Part shown: in pieces, positions 9,531 through 18,800 of the stretch
Position numbering within the stretch: position 1 is the first letter of the stretch
Layout of the letters: each line of letters starts with the position of its first letter
IMG/VR virus record: IMGVR_UViG_3300006169_000036
Coordinates: 1 to 59,633 of that record
Strand: one strand, 5' to 3'
Origin: a virus
Taxonomy: Duplodnaviria > Caudoviricetes
Length of the DNA stretch: 59,633 nucleotides
Program-made: the position numbers and the translations under genes
Notes under the pieces: model-generated
The model's database searches: none
Seen by the model: only the letters and a program-made list of their open reading frames with translations
What the model was told of the DNA's origin: nothing

Positions 9531-9662
9531 GTGCCCGGCAAGAAGTACGCCTCGATCAAGCGGCCCCGCGTGTACCGCGCGCTGAAGCGCAAGGGCTACA
9601 GCAAGACGAAGGCCGCGAAGATCTCCAACGCGCAGTCCCGGAAGGCCCGTCGGCGTCGCTGA
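9531..9662 (+). CDS. 43-aa very basic protein, absent from the ORF track
   Basis: GAGGAGG RBS, GTG start; MPGKKYASIKRPRVYRALKRKGYSKTKAAKISNAQSRKARRR. Confidence 0.75.
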   Translation: MPGKKYASIKRPRVYRALKRKGYSKTKAAKISNAQSRKARRRR

Positions 9663-9717
9663 CGGGCCCGTCCGCGTTGTGTTCCGCGGACTGAGTAGCG
9701 CCTGAGTGCCCACATCT

Positions 9718-9726
9718 TGCTATTCT
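9718..9726 (+). promoter_or_regulatory. Extended -10 element (TGC-TATTCT) upstream of scaffold
   Basis: TGn-TAnnnT in an intergenic gap. Confidence 0.5.
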
Positions 9727-9776
9727 GGGCACACCGTGGCCACTAGGTGGGTCACCTAGCACCCGTAGGAGGGTTC

Positions 9777-10352
9777 ATGCCGAAGCTGAAGTTCGAGGAC
9801 TACCGCGCTCCCTGGGAGACCGAGGCGGGCGGTGAGACCGAGATCGACAAGCCGAAGCTCAAGCGGTACCTCTTCAACCTGATCCAGGACAAGGAGAAGG
9901 CTCAGGAGCGAGAGGCCGAGGTCACCACCGAGCGTGACGCGCTGAAGAAGGCGGCCGACGAGAAGGCCCGAGAGGGCGAGTCCGAGGTCGACCGGCTGAA
10001 GCGAGAGAACCAGGAACTGAAGGCCGCCGCCGAGAAGCCCAAGGGGCCCACGGTGGAGGAACTGAAGTACCGGGTGGCCCTCGAGAAGGGGCTGACGGCC
10101 AAGCAGGCCAAGCGCCTTCAGGGGACCACCGAGGAGGAGTTGTCGGCCGACGCCGATGACCTCCTCGAGTCCTGGGGTGGCAAGAGCACTCCCCCGGACG
10201 GCGATGGCGACGATGACGGGGATGACCAAGGCGTCACCCCGGCCCGGCAGCCCCGCCAACTGCGGAACCCCGCCTCGGGTGATGGCGACTCCGGCAAGGA
10301 GATCGACATCGACAAGGCACTGGCGCAGATCCCCCGCGTCAACTCGTTCTGA
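9777..10352 (+). CDS. Head scaffolding protein
   Basis: Charged coiled coil, RLQGTTEEELSADAD motif, directly upstream of capsid; AGGAGG RBS. Confidence 0.88.
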   Translation: MPKLKFEDYRAPWETEAGGETEIDKPKLKRYLFNLIQDKEKAQEREAEVTTERDALKKAADEKAREGESEVDRLKRENQELKAAAEKPKGPTVEELKYRVALEKGLTAKQAKRLQGTTEEELSADADDLLESWGGKSTPPDGDGDDDGDDQGVTPARQPRQLRNPASGDGDSGKEIDIDKALAQIPRVNSF

Positions 10353-10414
10353 CATCCGCCCGGTCCCGCCACGGGGACCGCCAGCGGCCATCCTGACCCA
10401 CCGAGGAGGTCCCC

Positions 10415-11446
10415 GTGGCTGTTCGCAAGATCAAGGCGAAGAAGCAGGTCGACTTCTTCCTGCCCATGCTCGAGCGCGAGCTCATCGGGCCCTACGTCGT
10501 GACCAGGGTCTCCGGTGACGCCTTCAAGGGCGCCAAGAACGACACCGTCAACATGCGCGTGCCCGGCCTCAAGGCCACCGCCCGCGACTACGACTTCCGT
10601 GGCCGCACCGCGCCCATCGTGATGGACGACATCAGCGGTGGCGCGTCGATGCCGATCAAGCTGAACAAGCACGTCTACAGCGCCACGTCGCTGGAGGACG
10701 AGCACTTCACGCTCGACGACATCGAGTTCGCCCGCGAGGTGCTGCAGCCGCAGGTCGAGGCCGTCGTCACGGACTTCGAGAACAAGACCGTCGCCGGTCT
10801 GCGTGCGGCGACGTTCAAGAACACCGTGGCCGTGAACCTCGACACCGCGGACCCGCACAAGATCGCGGTCGAGTCGAAGCGTCTCCTGGACGCCGACAAG
10901 GTCGCCCCGCAGGGCGGCCGGTTCTTCCTCGTCGGCGCCGACGTCGCCGCGGCCTTCCTGGTCTCCGACCGGCTCAGCCGGTACGACTGGGTCGGCGAGG
11001 CGGGCACGCCGGCGGTGCGGGAGGCCACCATCGGCCGCCTGTCGAACGCCCCGGTGATCCTGCACCCGGAGCTCGCGCCGAACGAGGGGTACTACCTCCA
11101 CAAGTCGGCCCTGATCCTGGCGAACGTCGCCCCGGCCGTGCCCATCGGCGCGGTCACCGGTCGGTCCCTGTCCCGCAACGGCTACGCCGTACGCTGGATC
11201 CAGGACTACGACCCGAACTACCTGCGCGACCGGTCGGTCGTCTCGTCCTTCCTGGGTGTCAACGACGTGCGCGACGAGCGCAACGCCGACGGCTCCTGGA
11301 TCTACGAGGTCGGCGACCTGGACACCGACGAGTTCGCGGCCCTCGGCCTGAACCCGGCGGACACCACCCAGGTCAAGGCCACCGGGACGCGCAAGAACGT
11401 TCGGGGCCTGAAGTTCACGGTCACCGGCACCGGCACCGTCCTCTGA
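10415..11446 (+). CDS. Major capsid protein (HK97 fold)
   Basis: Position, size, GAKNDTVNMRVP and VP..GR motifs, strong RBS. Confidence 0.9.
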   Translation: MAVRKIKAKKQVDFFLPMLERELIGPYVVTRVSGDAFKGAKNDTVNMRVPGLKATARDYDFRGRTAPIVMDDISGGASMPIKLNKHVYSATSLEDEHFTLDDIEFAREVLQPQVEAVVTDFENKTVAGLRAATFKNTVAVNLDTADPHKIAVESKRLLDADKVAPQGGRFFLVGADVAAAFLVSDRLSRYDWVGEAGTPAVREATIGRLSNAPVILHPELAPNEGYYLHKSALILANVAPAVPIGAVTGRSLSRNGYAVRWIQDYDPNYLRDRSVVSSFLGVNDVRDERNADGSWIYEVGDLDTDEFAALGLNPADTTQVKATGTRKNVRGLKFTVTGTGTVL

Positions 11447-11457
11447 TCCACCCCGTA

Positions 11458-11489
11458 ACGGCCCCGTTCCCCCGTGGAGCGGGGCCGTT
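11458..11489 (+). terminator. Intrinsic terminator after capsid
   Basis: CGGCCCCGTTCC...GGAGCGGGGCCG stem. Confidence 0.7.
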
Positions 11490-11508
11490 CGGCTACCATG
11501 GAGGCACT

Positions 11509-12000
11509 ATGCCGCTCATCCTTGCCTCAGAGGTCGCGACCTGGGCCCGCCTGGACGCGAGCGCCTTCGGTGCGTTCGAGAACATGGTCATCGACAAGGC
11601 CCAGAACCTCGTGGCCGACGAGGCGGGCCACCCGGAGTGGGTGGCGGCCGACCTGGCCACGGTGCCCTTCCGGGCCCGCATGATCGCGCTCAACCTGGCC
11701 AAGCGCACCATCCTCAACCCCGACCGGGTCATCCAGGAGGGCGGCGTCGGCCCCATCGGCGGGGACCGCCTCGCCGACGACGCGGCCCTGGCGATGGAAC
11801 TGTCCGAGGCCGAGACCCGCGAACTGCGCAAGTTCCGCGGCACCGGCACCGCCCCGTCCGGGCTGTTCCTGCTGCCCATCAGCGACCCGACACCCTCGGA
11901 GACCACCATCTTCGTGGCCGACGAGTCCGGCTCCGACTGGCTCATCCCCTATGCCACCGTCGGCGACATCGGCGAGCCTGACGCGTACGGGACATACTGA
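11509..12000 (+). CDS. Head-to-tail adaptor
   Basis: Synteny; AKRTILNPD...EG.VGP motif. Confidence 0.75.
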   Translation: MPLILASEVATWARLDASAFGAFENMVIDKAQNLVADEAGHPEWVAADLATVPFRARMIALNLAKRTILNPDRVIQEGGVGPIGGDRLADDAALAMELSEAETRELRKFRGTGTAPSGLFLLPISDPTPSETTIFVADESGSDWLIPYATVGDIGEPDAYGTY

Positions 12001-12335
12001 TGCCCCGGGGTGCTCAGACCATCACCGTGAAGCGCCCCCAGGAGCGGGACTGGCAGGGCGATCCCACCGGCACCGCCCCCGAGCCAGTGGTGGTCAGGGG
12101 CGTCATCGTCTGGCCGCAGTCGACGCGCGAGACCGCGGACCAGGGCATCGTCGTGCTCGAGGACATGGCCGTGTACCTGCCGCCCCGCCCGGCCCTCGTG
12201 CCCACCGCGGCCGACGTCATCGAGTTCGAGGGCCGCGACTACCGCGTCCAGGGCGCCGTCGGGCACTATGTCGGGAAGCGCGGCCAGGACAAGGGCTACA
12301 TGTTCACCATGCGCAGGCTGGGGGTCCGCCGATGA
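12000..12335 (+). CDS. Head-to-tail stopper
   Basis: Synteny; D.I.F.GRDY.V.G motif. Confidence 0.75.
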   Translation: MPRGAQTITVKRPQERDWQGDPTGTAPEPVVVRGVIVWPQSTRETADQGIVVLEDMAVYLPPRPALVPTAADVIEFEGRDYRVQGAVGHYVGKRGQDKGYMFTMRRLGVRR

Positions 12336-12712
12336 CCCTGTACCGCCTGCGCTACAAGCCCCACCATGGCGCGGGGCCGACGAAGGACAACCCGCATCCG
12401 GGGATGGCCGCGTTCCTGGTGTCCGACCAGGCCCGCGAGCCCGTGGTCGCCGCCGCCAAGGACATCGCCGACCTGGCGAAGCAACTCGCTCCCCGCGGCA
12501 AGGGCACCGGCGTTCACATGGCGGACCAGTTCAGGGTGAACGAACACACCCCCCCGGTGAACATCGGCGGAAACCCACGCGTCGGCGCCGAGGTGTACAA
12601 CGGCGACCCGGCCGCCGCCCCCAACGAGTTCGGCGGGCGCCGCAACCCCCGGCATCGTATGCTGGGCCGCGCGGGGGCCCGCATCGGCGAATGGAAGGGA
12701 GAGGTCGGATGA
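12332..12712 (+). CDS. Neck / tail completion protein
   Basis: Synteny; NEFG...HRMLGRA motif; ATGA overlap. Confidence 0.7.
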   Translation: MTLYRLRYKPHHGAGPTKDNPHPGMAAFLVSDQAREPVVAAAKDIADLAKQLAPRGKGTGVHMADQFRVNEHTPPVNIGGNPRVGAEVYNGDPAAAPNEFGGRRNPRHRMLGRAGARIGEWKGEVG

Positions 12713-13128
12713 CCTACGACCTGCCCGCCTTCCCCGACATCGAGGAAGTGCTGCGCAACGCCCTCCTGACCCGCTTCGGCGGCGGCGACGAGCCCCCCGG
12801 CTCCCACATCGACAACGTCGTCGGCTCCCTGCCCGGCGACATCGGCGGCGAGACCATCGTGTACGTGGAGCGCATCGGTGGCACGAGGACCCGCCTGAAC
12901 GACTACCCGATGGTCGATGTCGAGGTGTTTGCCCCGAGCCGCGGCCTGGCAAAGGACGTGATCGAGTCGATAGACGCCTTCCTCCTCGGCTATCCACATG
13001 CCGTGGATGTCGGGGTCGACCGCGTCATCATCGACTTCGTGCTCAACACGAGGACGCCGGTGAGGTTGTTCTGGGACGACTCGAACAGTCGCTTCGGCGC
13101 GACCTATAGCATGTCAGTTCGACGCTAG
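12709..13128 (+). CDS. Tail terminator
   Basis: Synteny; FPDIE start, VERIGG, VDVEVFA. Confidence 0.75.
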   Translation: MTYDLPAFPDIEEVLRNALLTRFGGGDEPPGSHIDNVVGSLPGDIGGETIVYVERIGGTRTRLNDYPMVDVEVFAPSRGLAKDVIESIDAFLLGYPHAVDVGVDRVIIDFVLNTRTPVRLFWDDSNSRFGATYSMSVRR

Positions 13129-13142
13129 GCTACCCTCTATGC

Positions 13143-13598
13143 GTGAAGTGCTCACGTTGTAGCAAGACCGCCGAGGATCCCCAGTTTCGTACGTGCGAAG
13201 CATGCCGCGAGTTTCGTCGCGAGCAGGCACGGCGACGGCGCAACAGCGACCGCGCCGCAGACCGCGAGTACAGGCGCCGCTGGAGGGCGCGCAATCGCGA
13301 CAAGGCCAACGCGTACCAGCGCCGCTGGTACGCATCTCATCGCGAACAGGCACGAGAGAACAGCAACCGACGCAGGGCTCTGCAGCGCGAGTCGGCGGTT
13401 GGAAGTTTCTCGCTTGAGTCGCTTCGGGCCAGGCTGTCCATGTACCGTGGGTGCTGGATCTGCGGTACGCCGAACTGGAGCACCGTCGACCATGTGAAGC
13501 CACTCAGCAAGGGTGGCCCACACATCCTGGCGAACCTGCGCCCAGCGTGCAGCAGGTGCAACAAGAGCAAGGGCGCCAAGTGGCCCTTCCCGGCATAG
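13143..13598 (+). CDS. HNH endonuclease, probably homing
   Basis: CWIC...TVDHVKPLSKGG.H...NL.PAC..CN..KG; codon usage differs from neighbours. Confidence 0.9.
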   Translation: MKCSRCSKTAEDPQFRTCEACREFRREQARRRRNSDRAADREYRRRWRARNRDKANAYQRRWYASHREQARENSNRRRALQRESAVGSFSLESLRARLSMYRGCWICGTPNWSTVDHVKPLSKGGPHILANLRPACSRCNKSKGAKWPFPA

Positions 13599-13604
13599 CG
13601 AAAG

Positions 13605-14585
13605 GTGGCCCAAGTGCCTTCCTACGAGAACCTGCGCAACAAGCAGACGGAGCTCATCCGCAAGGCGCTGGACGGATCTGTCTTCCTGGCGCCCATCACC
13701 GCTGCGGCCATCGGGTCCCTGACGGCCGACAACGCGACCGCCGACTCCGCGGTCCTGTCCGGTTCCGGCACCGCCGTGAACATCGTGACCGCCGGCGACC
13801 TGGTCCTGTCCATCGACGGCGGCGCCAACCAGACCGTCGCCCTGGCCGCGAACGACACCCCGGCCGGTGTGGTCACGAAGGTCAACGCGGTCCTCGGTTC
13901 GGCGGCGACCGCAGCCGTGACCGGCGGCGTCTTCACGGTCACCTCGACCAGCACCGGCGACAACGCCTCCGTGCGGGTCGTGTCCGGTACCGGCAGCGTG
14001 CTGGCCAACCTGTTCCTGACCGCTGGCCAGACGGCCCGCGGCGCGGACGCCGGTGTCTCCCTGGCCGCGCTCCCGGCGTCGTGGGACGACCTGGGCTGGC
14101 TCACCAGCGACGGTGCGGCCTTCTCGCGCGAGGTCGCGCAGTCCGAGGTCACCTCGTGGGGTTCGGTCACGCCGACCCGCACGGACGTGACGTCCGACAC
14201 CAGCACCCTGACGGTGACCTGCCAGGAGACCAAGCTCCTGACCATCGGCCTCGCCACCGGTGCCGACCTGTCGGCGGTCACCCCGGACGCGACGACCGGT
14301 GAGGTCAGCATCGAGAAGCCGTCGAAGGCGGCCTCGAAGCACTACCGGGCGCTGTCCCTGGCCGTCGACCTGGGCGACGCGGGCGAGATCTACATCGCCC
14401 GGTTCCTGCCGCGGGCGAAGGTCACCAACTACGCCGAGCAGTCCTTCGGCGGCGGCGACGACCCCATCACCTGGGGCGTGACGCTGACCGGCGAGGAGGA
14501 CAGCGACCTCGGGTACTCCGAGCGCTGGATCTTCGGCGGCCCGGGCTGGTCCGCGCTGCTGGACGACATGGGCTTCGCTGCCTGA
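13605..14585 (+). CDS. Major tail (tube) protein with an internal insertion domain
   Basis: LIRKALDGSVFLAP, DLGWLTSDG, VTSWGS..PTRTD motifs. Confidence 0.9.
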   Translation: MAQVPSYENLRNKQTELIRKALDGSVFLAPITAAAIGSLTADNATADSAVLSGSGTAVNIVTAGDLVLSIDGGANQTVALAANDTPAGVVTKVNAVLGSAATAAVTGGVFTVTSTSTGDNASVRVVSGTGSVLANLFLTAGQTARGADAGVSLAALPASWDDLGWLTSDGAAFSREVAQSEVTSWGSVTPTRTDVTSDTSTLTVTCQETKLLTIGLATGADLSAVTPDATTGEVSIEKPSKAASKHYRALSLAVDLGDAGEIYIARFLPRAKVTNYAEQSFGGGDDPITWGVTLTGEEDSDLGYSERWIFGGPGWSALLDDMGFAA

Positions 14586-14596
14586 GCCCCCTGAGC

Positions 14597-14638
14597 AAGG
14601 CCCCCGACGCGCCAGCGATCCTGGTGGTCGGGGGCCTT
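14597..14638 (+). terminator. Intrinsic terminator after major tail gene
   Basis: AAGGCCCCCGAC...GTCGGGGGCCTT stem. Confidence 0.7.
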
Positions 14639-14664
14639 AGCCATTCGTGGTGTACGATTCACTC

Positions 14665-14952
14665 ATGGCTACCTACTGGCAGAAGGACGGCGGGCCCGTC
14701 AAGACGGCCCGCAGCAACCGGCAGGCCGTCGCCCTCAAGTGGGCCGGGTACCGCGAGGTCAAGGTCGAGGAGGCCCCTCCCGCGGCTGAGATCGTCGAGG
14801 CGGCGAAGGTCACGGATGGGACCATCGACAGCGGGGAGCCACGGCCCGACGTGATCCACGAGCACAACGGAGACGACGAGGACGACCTCGACGAGACGTC
14901 CCATGTCTACGAGCCGGGCCTGACCATCAACGACCAGGACGAGGACCGATGA
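14665..14952 (+). CDS. Acidic hypothetical protein
   Basis: ORF fills the gap and overlaps the next start. Confidence 0.6.
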   Translation: MATYWQKDGGPVKTARSNRQAVALKWAGYREVKVEEAPPAAEIVEAAKVTDGTIDSGEPRPDVIHEHNGDDEDDLDETSHVYEPGLTINDQDEDR

Positions 14953-15269
14953 CCGACAACGTCACCCCCCTCCCGCAGAAGGTTCACCTCAACCTCGACA
15001 CGCTCGAGCGTGAGAAGACCTACGAGACCTTCACGCCCGTCGTGAACGGCCGGGCGATCCGCATGACCGACCCGTCCGAGCTCGACTGGAAGGTGCTCCT
15101 CACCATCGAGGACCCCTCCCAGTTCCTCCGGCACGCCATCGCCGAGGAGGACAAGGAGTACCTGCGCAACCAGGACATCCCGGGCTGGAAGTTCGCGAAG
15201 CTCATCGAGGGCTACGTCAAGCACTACGGCCTGGACCAGCAGCAGGGGAAACCCAACGGGGTGCTCTGA
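14949..15269 (+). CDS. Tail assembly chaperone (short form)
   Basis: Between major tail and tape measure; ends near GGGGAAA. Confidence 0.85.
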   Translation: MTDNVTPLPQKVHLNLDTLEREKTYETFTPVVNGRAIRMTDPSELDWKVLLTIEDPSQFLRHAIAEEDKEYLRNQDIPGWKFAKLIEGYVKHYGLDQQQGKPNGVL

Positions 15270-15775
15270 GCACCCCGATCTACCCCGGCCGCCAGCGGCT
15301 GATCTACCTCCTCGGCAAGTTCGCCCGCGAACTCGAGGTCGACTTCGCGCGCCTCTACCCCCAGCACGCCCTGGGGGACCTGTGGCGTGCCCGCCGCTGG
15401 CGCCTCCTGCTGCTCCTGATCGACCACCTCCCGCAGGACACGTACTACCAGCAGGCCGCCTCCCTGGACCTCGAGCACGCCGAGATGATGCTGCGCGCCA
15501 GGTCCAAGGCGAAGGAGCAGGGCGAGAAGTGGGCCCCGCCGATGCACACCTGGACCCCCGAGGTCGATGCCCTGCACAAGGTGCTCGACGAACTGTCCAT
15601 GCTCCGCTACACCCTGGTGGCCGTCAACTCCGAGAAGGGGAAGGCCGGTCAGCCGCCCAAGCCGCACCCGCGGCCACGCACCGCCATCGAGCGCGCCCGC
15701 ATGCGGGCCAAGATGGCCGCCCACGAGGCGCTGGTCGCCCGGGTCCTCCCTCACAAGGCAAAGCGCTCCTCCTGA
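14949..15775 (+). CDS. Tail assembly chaperone, -1 frameshifted long form (slip at G GGG AAA, 15245-15251)
   Basis: -1 frame is open from 15248 to 15775 and is in frame with track ORF 15485..15775. Confidence 0.8.
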
Positions 15776-15821
15776 TACCATGGTGACGCCGCGCATCGCT
15801 TGACAGCCGAGGGAGGATCGC

Positions 15822-18800
15822 ATGCCTGAAGGCGTGTACTCGGCTGGGACGATCTTCTTGCAGGTCGTGCCGTCCTACCGGGGCCTGCAGGAGTCCATCC
15901 GGCAGAAGGTCGGCGAGGTCGACAAGGCCCTGTCCGCCGACATGGAGGACAACGCCCAGAAGACCGGCCGGGCCGTCGGCCGGGTGCTGGGCGAGGAGAT
16001 CGCCAAGGGCGCCGAGCAGGGCGCGAAGAAGGCCTCCGACAAGTACGCCGGGGCTTTCCGCACCGGCATCCGCAACGCGGCCCGCGAGGCCCAGCGCGAA
16101 CTGGATGCCCTGAACTTCGACAACGCGTCGGAGAACACCCTCAACGAGGTCGAGCGGATCAAGCGCGCCGTCCGCAGCATCTCCAAGGAGTCCATGTCGC
16201 CGGAGTTCGACGGCGGCCGGGCCCTGCGCGACATCGACCAGATCCGGCAGCGCGTCCGCGACATCGGCAAGGAACGCCCCATCGACGAGGCGTTCAACCT
16301 GTCCCGCGTCGAGCGCACCCTGTCCGGCTTCTCCAAGGCCGTCGACCGCGAGATCTCCAAGGCCTTCGACTCGGTCGATGAGGGGGTCAAGCGCTCCGAG
16401 AAGGCCATGTCGAAGTTCGCGCGCGACTCCCGCAGCAAGGTCCGCGGGGCCATCAAGGATCTCGCCGGGGATGACGTCTTCCGCGACGTCACCGAACGGC
16501 TCGAGGGCCTGAAGGACATCAACCTCGACGTCGAGGTCGACTCCCAGGGCGCCCTGCGCGAGCTCGCCGCCATCGCCGCCGCTGCTCGAGCCATCGGGGC
16601 CTCCTCCCCCAGCATCCGCGTCCAGACCAATGCTGCCTCCGCGGCCAGCCAACTCGCCGCCGCGGGGGCCGCGGGGGCCGCCGCGTCCCGTGCCGGCAGC
16701 CAGGCCGACAGCGCCGCGAACTCGTTCCGCGCGTTCAACGGGGTCCTGCTGACCGCCACTTCCCTCGGCCCCGCCCTCGTCCCCGTCCTCGGGGCGGTCG
16801 CCGGTGGCATCGCCGCCGTCGGTGTCGCCTCCTCCGGCGCCGCCATGGGCCTCGGTGTCATGCTGCTGGGGTTCTCCGGCATCAGCGATGCCGTCACCGG
16901 CCTGATGGATGTCGAGAAGAACGCCGCCAAGGACGCCCTGCAGACCGCCAGCACCATGCGAACCGCGTTCCAGGCCGTCGCCGACGCGGAGCGGTCCCTC
17001 TCGCGGGCCCGGGTCGACGCGGCGCAGGCGAACGAGGATGCCGCCCGCAACACCCGCCGGGTGGTCAGGGACGCCGCTGAGGCCCAGCGCGACGCAGCCC
17101 AGGAGACCCGCGAGGCCGTCCAGGATGCCGCCCAGGCGAACCGCGAGGCTGCCCAGCAGATCCAGGACGCGCAGCGCCAGGCCGCGCAGGCCAACGAGGA
17201 CGCGGCCCGCCGTACGGCAGCCGCGCAGCGCGCCGCCTCCGAGGCCGTACGCGCCGCCCTGCAGCGCCAGGAGGACGCCGAGGACTCCCTGGCCGACGCC
17301 CAGCGCGACGCCCGGCAGGCCCAGGAAGACCTCCGCGAGGCCCGCCGCCTCGCGCAGCAGGATCTCGACGACATCCGCGACCGACAGCGCCAGAACGCGC
17401 TCGACGAGCGGCAGGCCGTCATCGACCTGTTCAACGCCACCGTCGCCGAGACTGCTATCCGGCAGGACCCCGGCTCCACGAACCTCGAGAAGGAACAGGC
17501 CGCGATCAACCTGGGCAACGCCCGGGAGCGGCTGCACGAGATCCGCGAGGAGGAGCGGGAGCTCGCCAGGCAGCGCCGTGAGGGCATCGAGGGCACCGAC
17601 CGGGTGCAGACCGCGCAGGACGCCCTCACGCAGGCCCTGGAGCGTCAGCGTGACGCGCAGGAGGCTCTGGGGGAGGCGGCCCGGGAGGTCGACCAGGCCC
17701 GACTGGAGGGCGCGCGAGCGGTCAGCGAGGCCATCCGCGACCAGAACCGCATCGCCCGCGAGGGTGCCCGGCAGATCGCGCAGGCAGAGCAGGACGCCGC
17801 ACGCACCCGGGCCGAGGGGATCGAGTCCGTCAGCGATGCCCGCCGCAACGAGGTGCAGGTCGCCCGCGACGGCGCTGAGGCCATCGCCGACGCCCGCCGC
17901 GCGCAGGCGCGCACCGAGGTCGACGGCGTCCAGTCCGTCCAGGACGCCCAGCGGGCCCTGCGCCGGGCTCAGCAGGACTACCAGGATGCGCTGAAGCAGA
18001 CCGGCGAGATCGGCAGCACATCCATGGCGAACCTCGAGAACGCCATGTCGAAGCTCTCCCCGGCCGGGCGCCGCTTCGCGCGGTACCTGTTCCACCTCCG
18101 GGGGCTGTTCTACCAGATCCGGGCCGCAGCGCAGGAGGGGATGCTGCCCGGCGTCCAGAACGCCATGCAACTGATCATCGGCCGCTATGGCAGGCCGTTC
18201 ACCCGCTTCGTCGGGCGCATGGCCGAGGTGGTCGGGGGCCTCTTCGAGAAGCTTGGCCGCCGGATGCTGCGGGGCTCGTTCGTCGACTTCTTCGGCATGC
18301 TCGAGCGGCTGGGTCCCCGCTTCCTGCGGCAGTTCGGCTGGGCGTTCATCAATTGGCTGGAGGCCTTCGCGGAGTGGGCCGTCATCATCGCGCCCTACTC
18401 CAAGCGCATGTCGGACAACCTGCTGGACCTGTCCCGCAACGCGCTCGCCTGGATCCAGTCCGCCCAGGGCACCGACTCCTGGCGTGGCTTCATGGACTAC
18501 GTCTACCGCATCGGGCCCGCGGTCGCCGACTTCTTCTGGGCCCTGTGGGAAGCCGTCAAGAACCTCGCGAAGGCTCTCGCCCCTCTGGGAGAACTGGTTC
18601 TCGTCGGGGTGACGAAGTTCCTGCGCTTCCTCGGCCGCATGGACCCCGACCACCTCCGGCTGATCGTCATCTCCATCCTGGGCCTCGTGTTCGCCCTGCA
18701 GGCCACATTCGCCATCACCAGCGGCGTCGTCAGCGTCATGACCGCGATCAGCCTCATCGGTGCCGTCGCGTTCGGCTGGGTCGCGGCGGCCATCTTCGTC

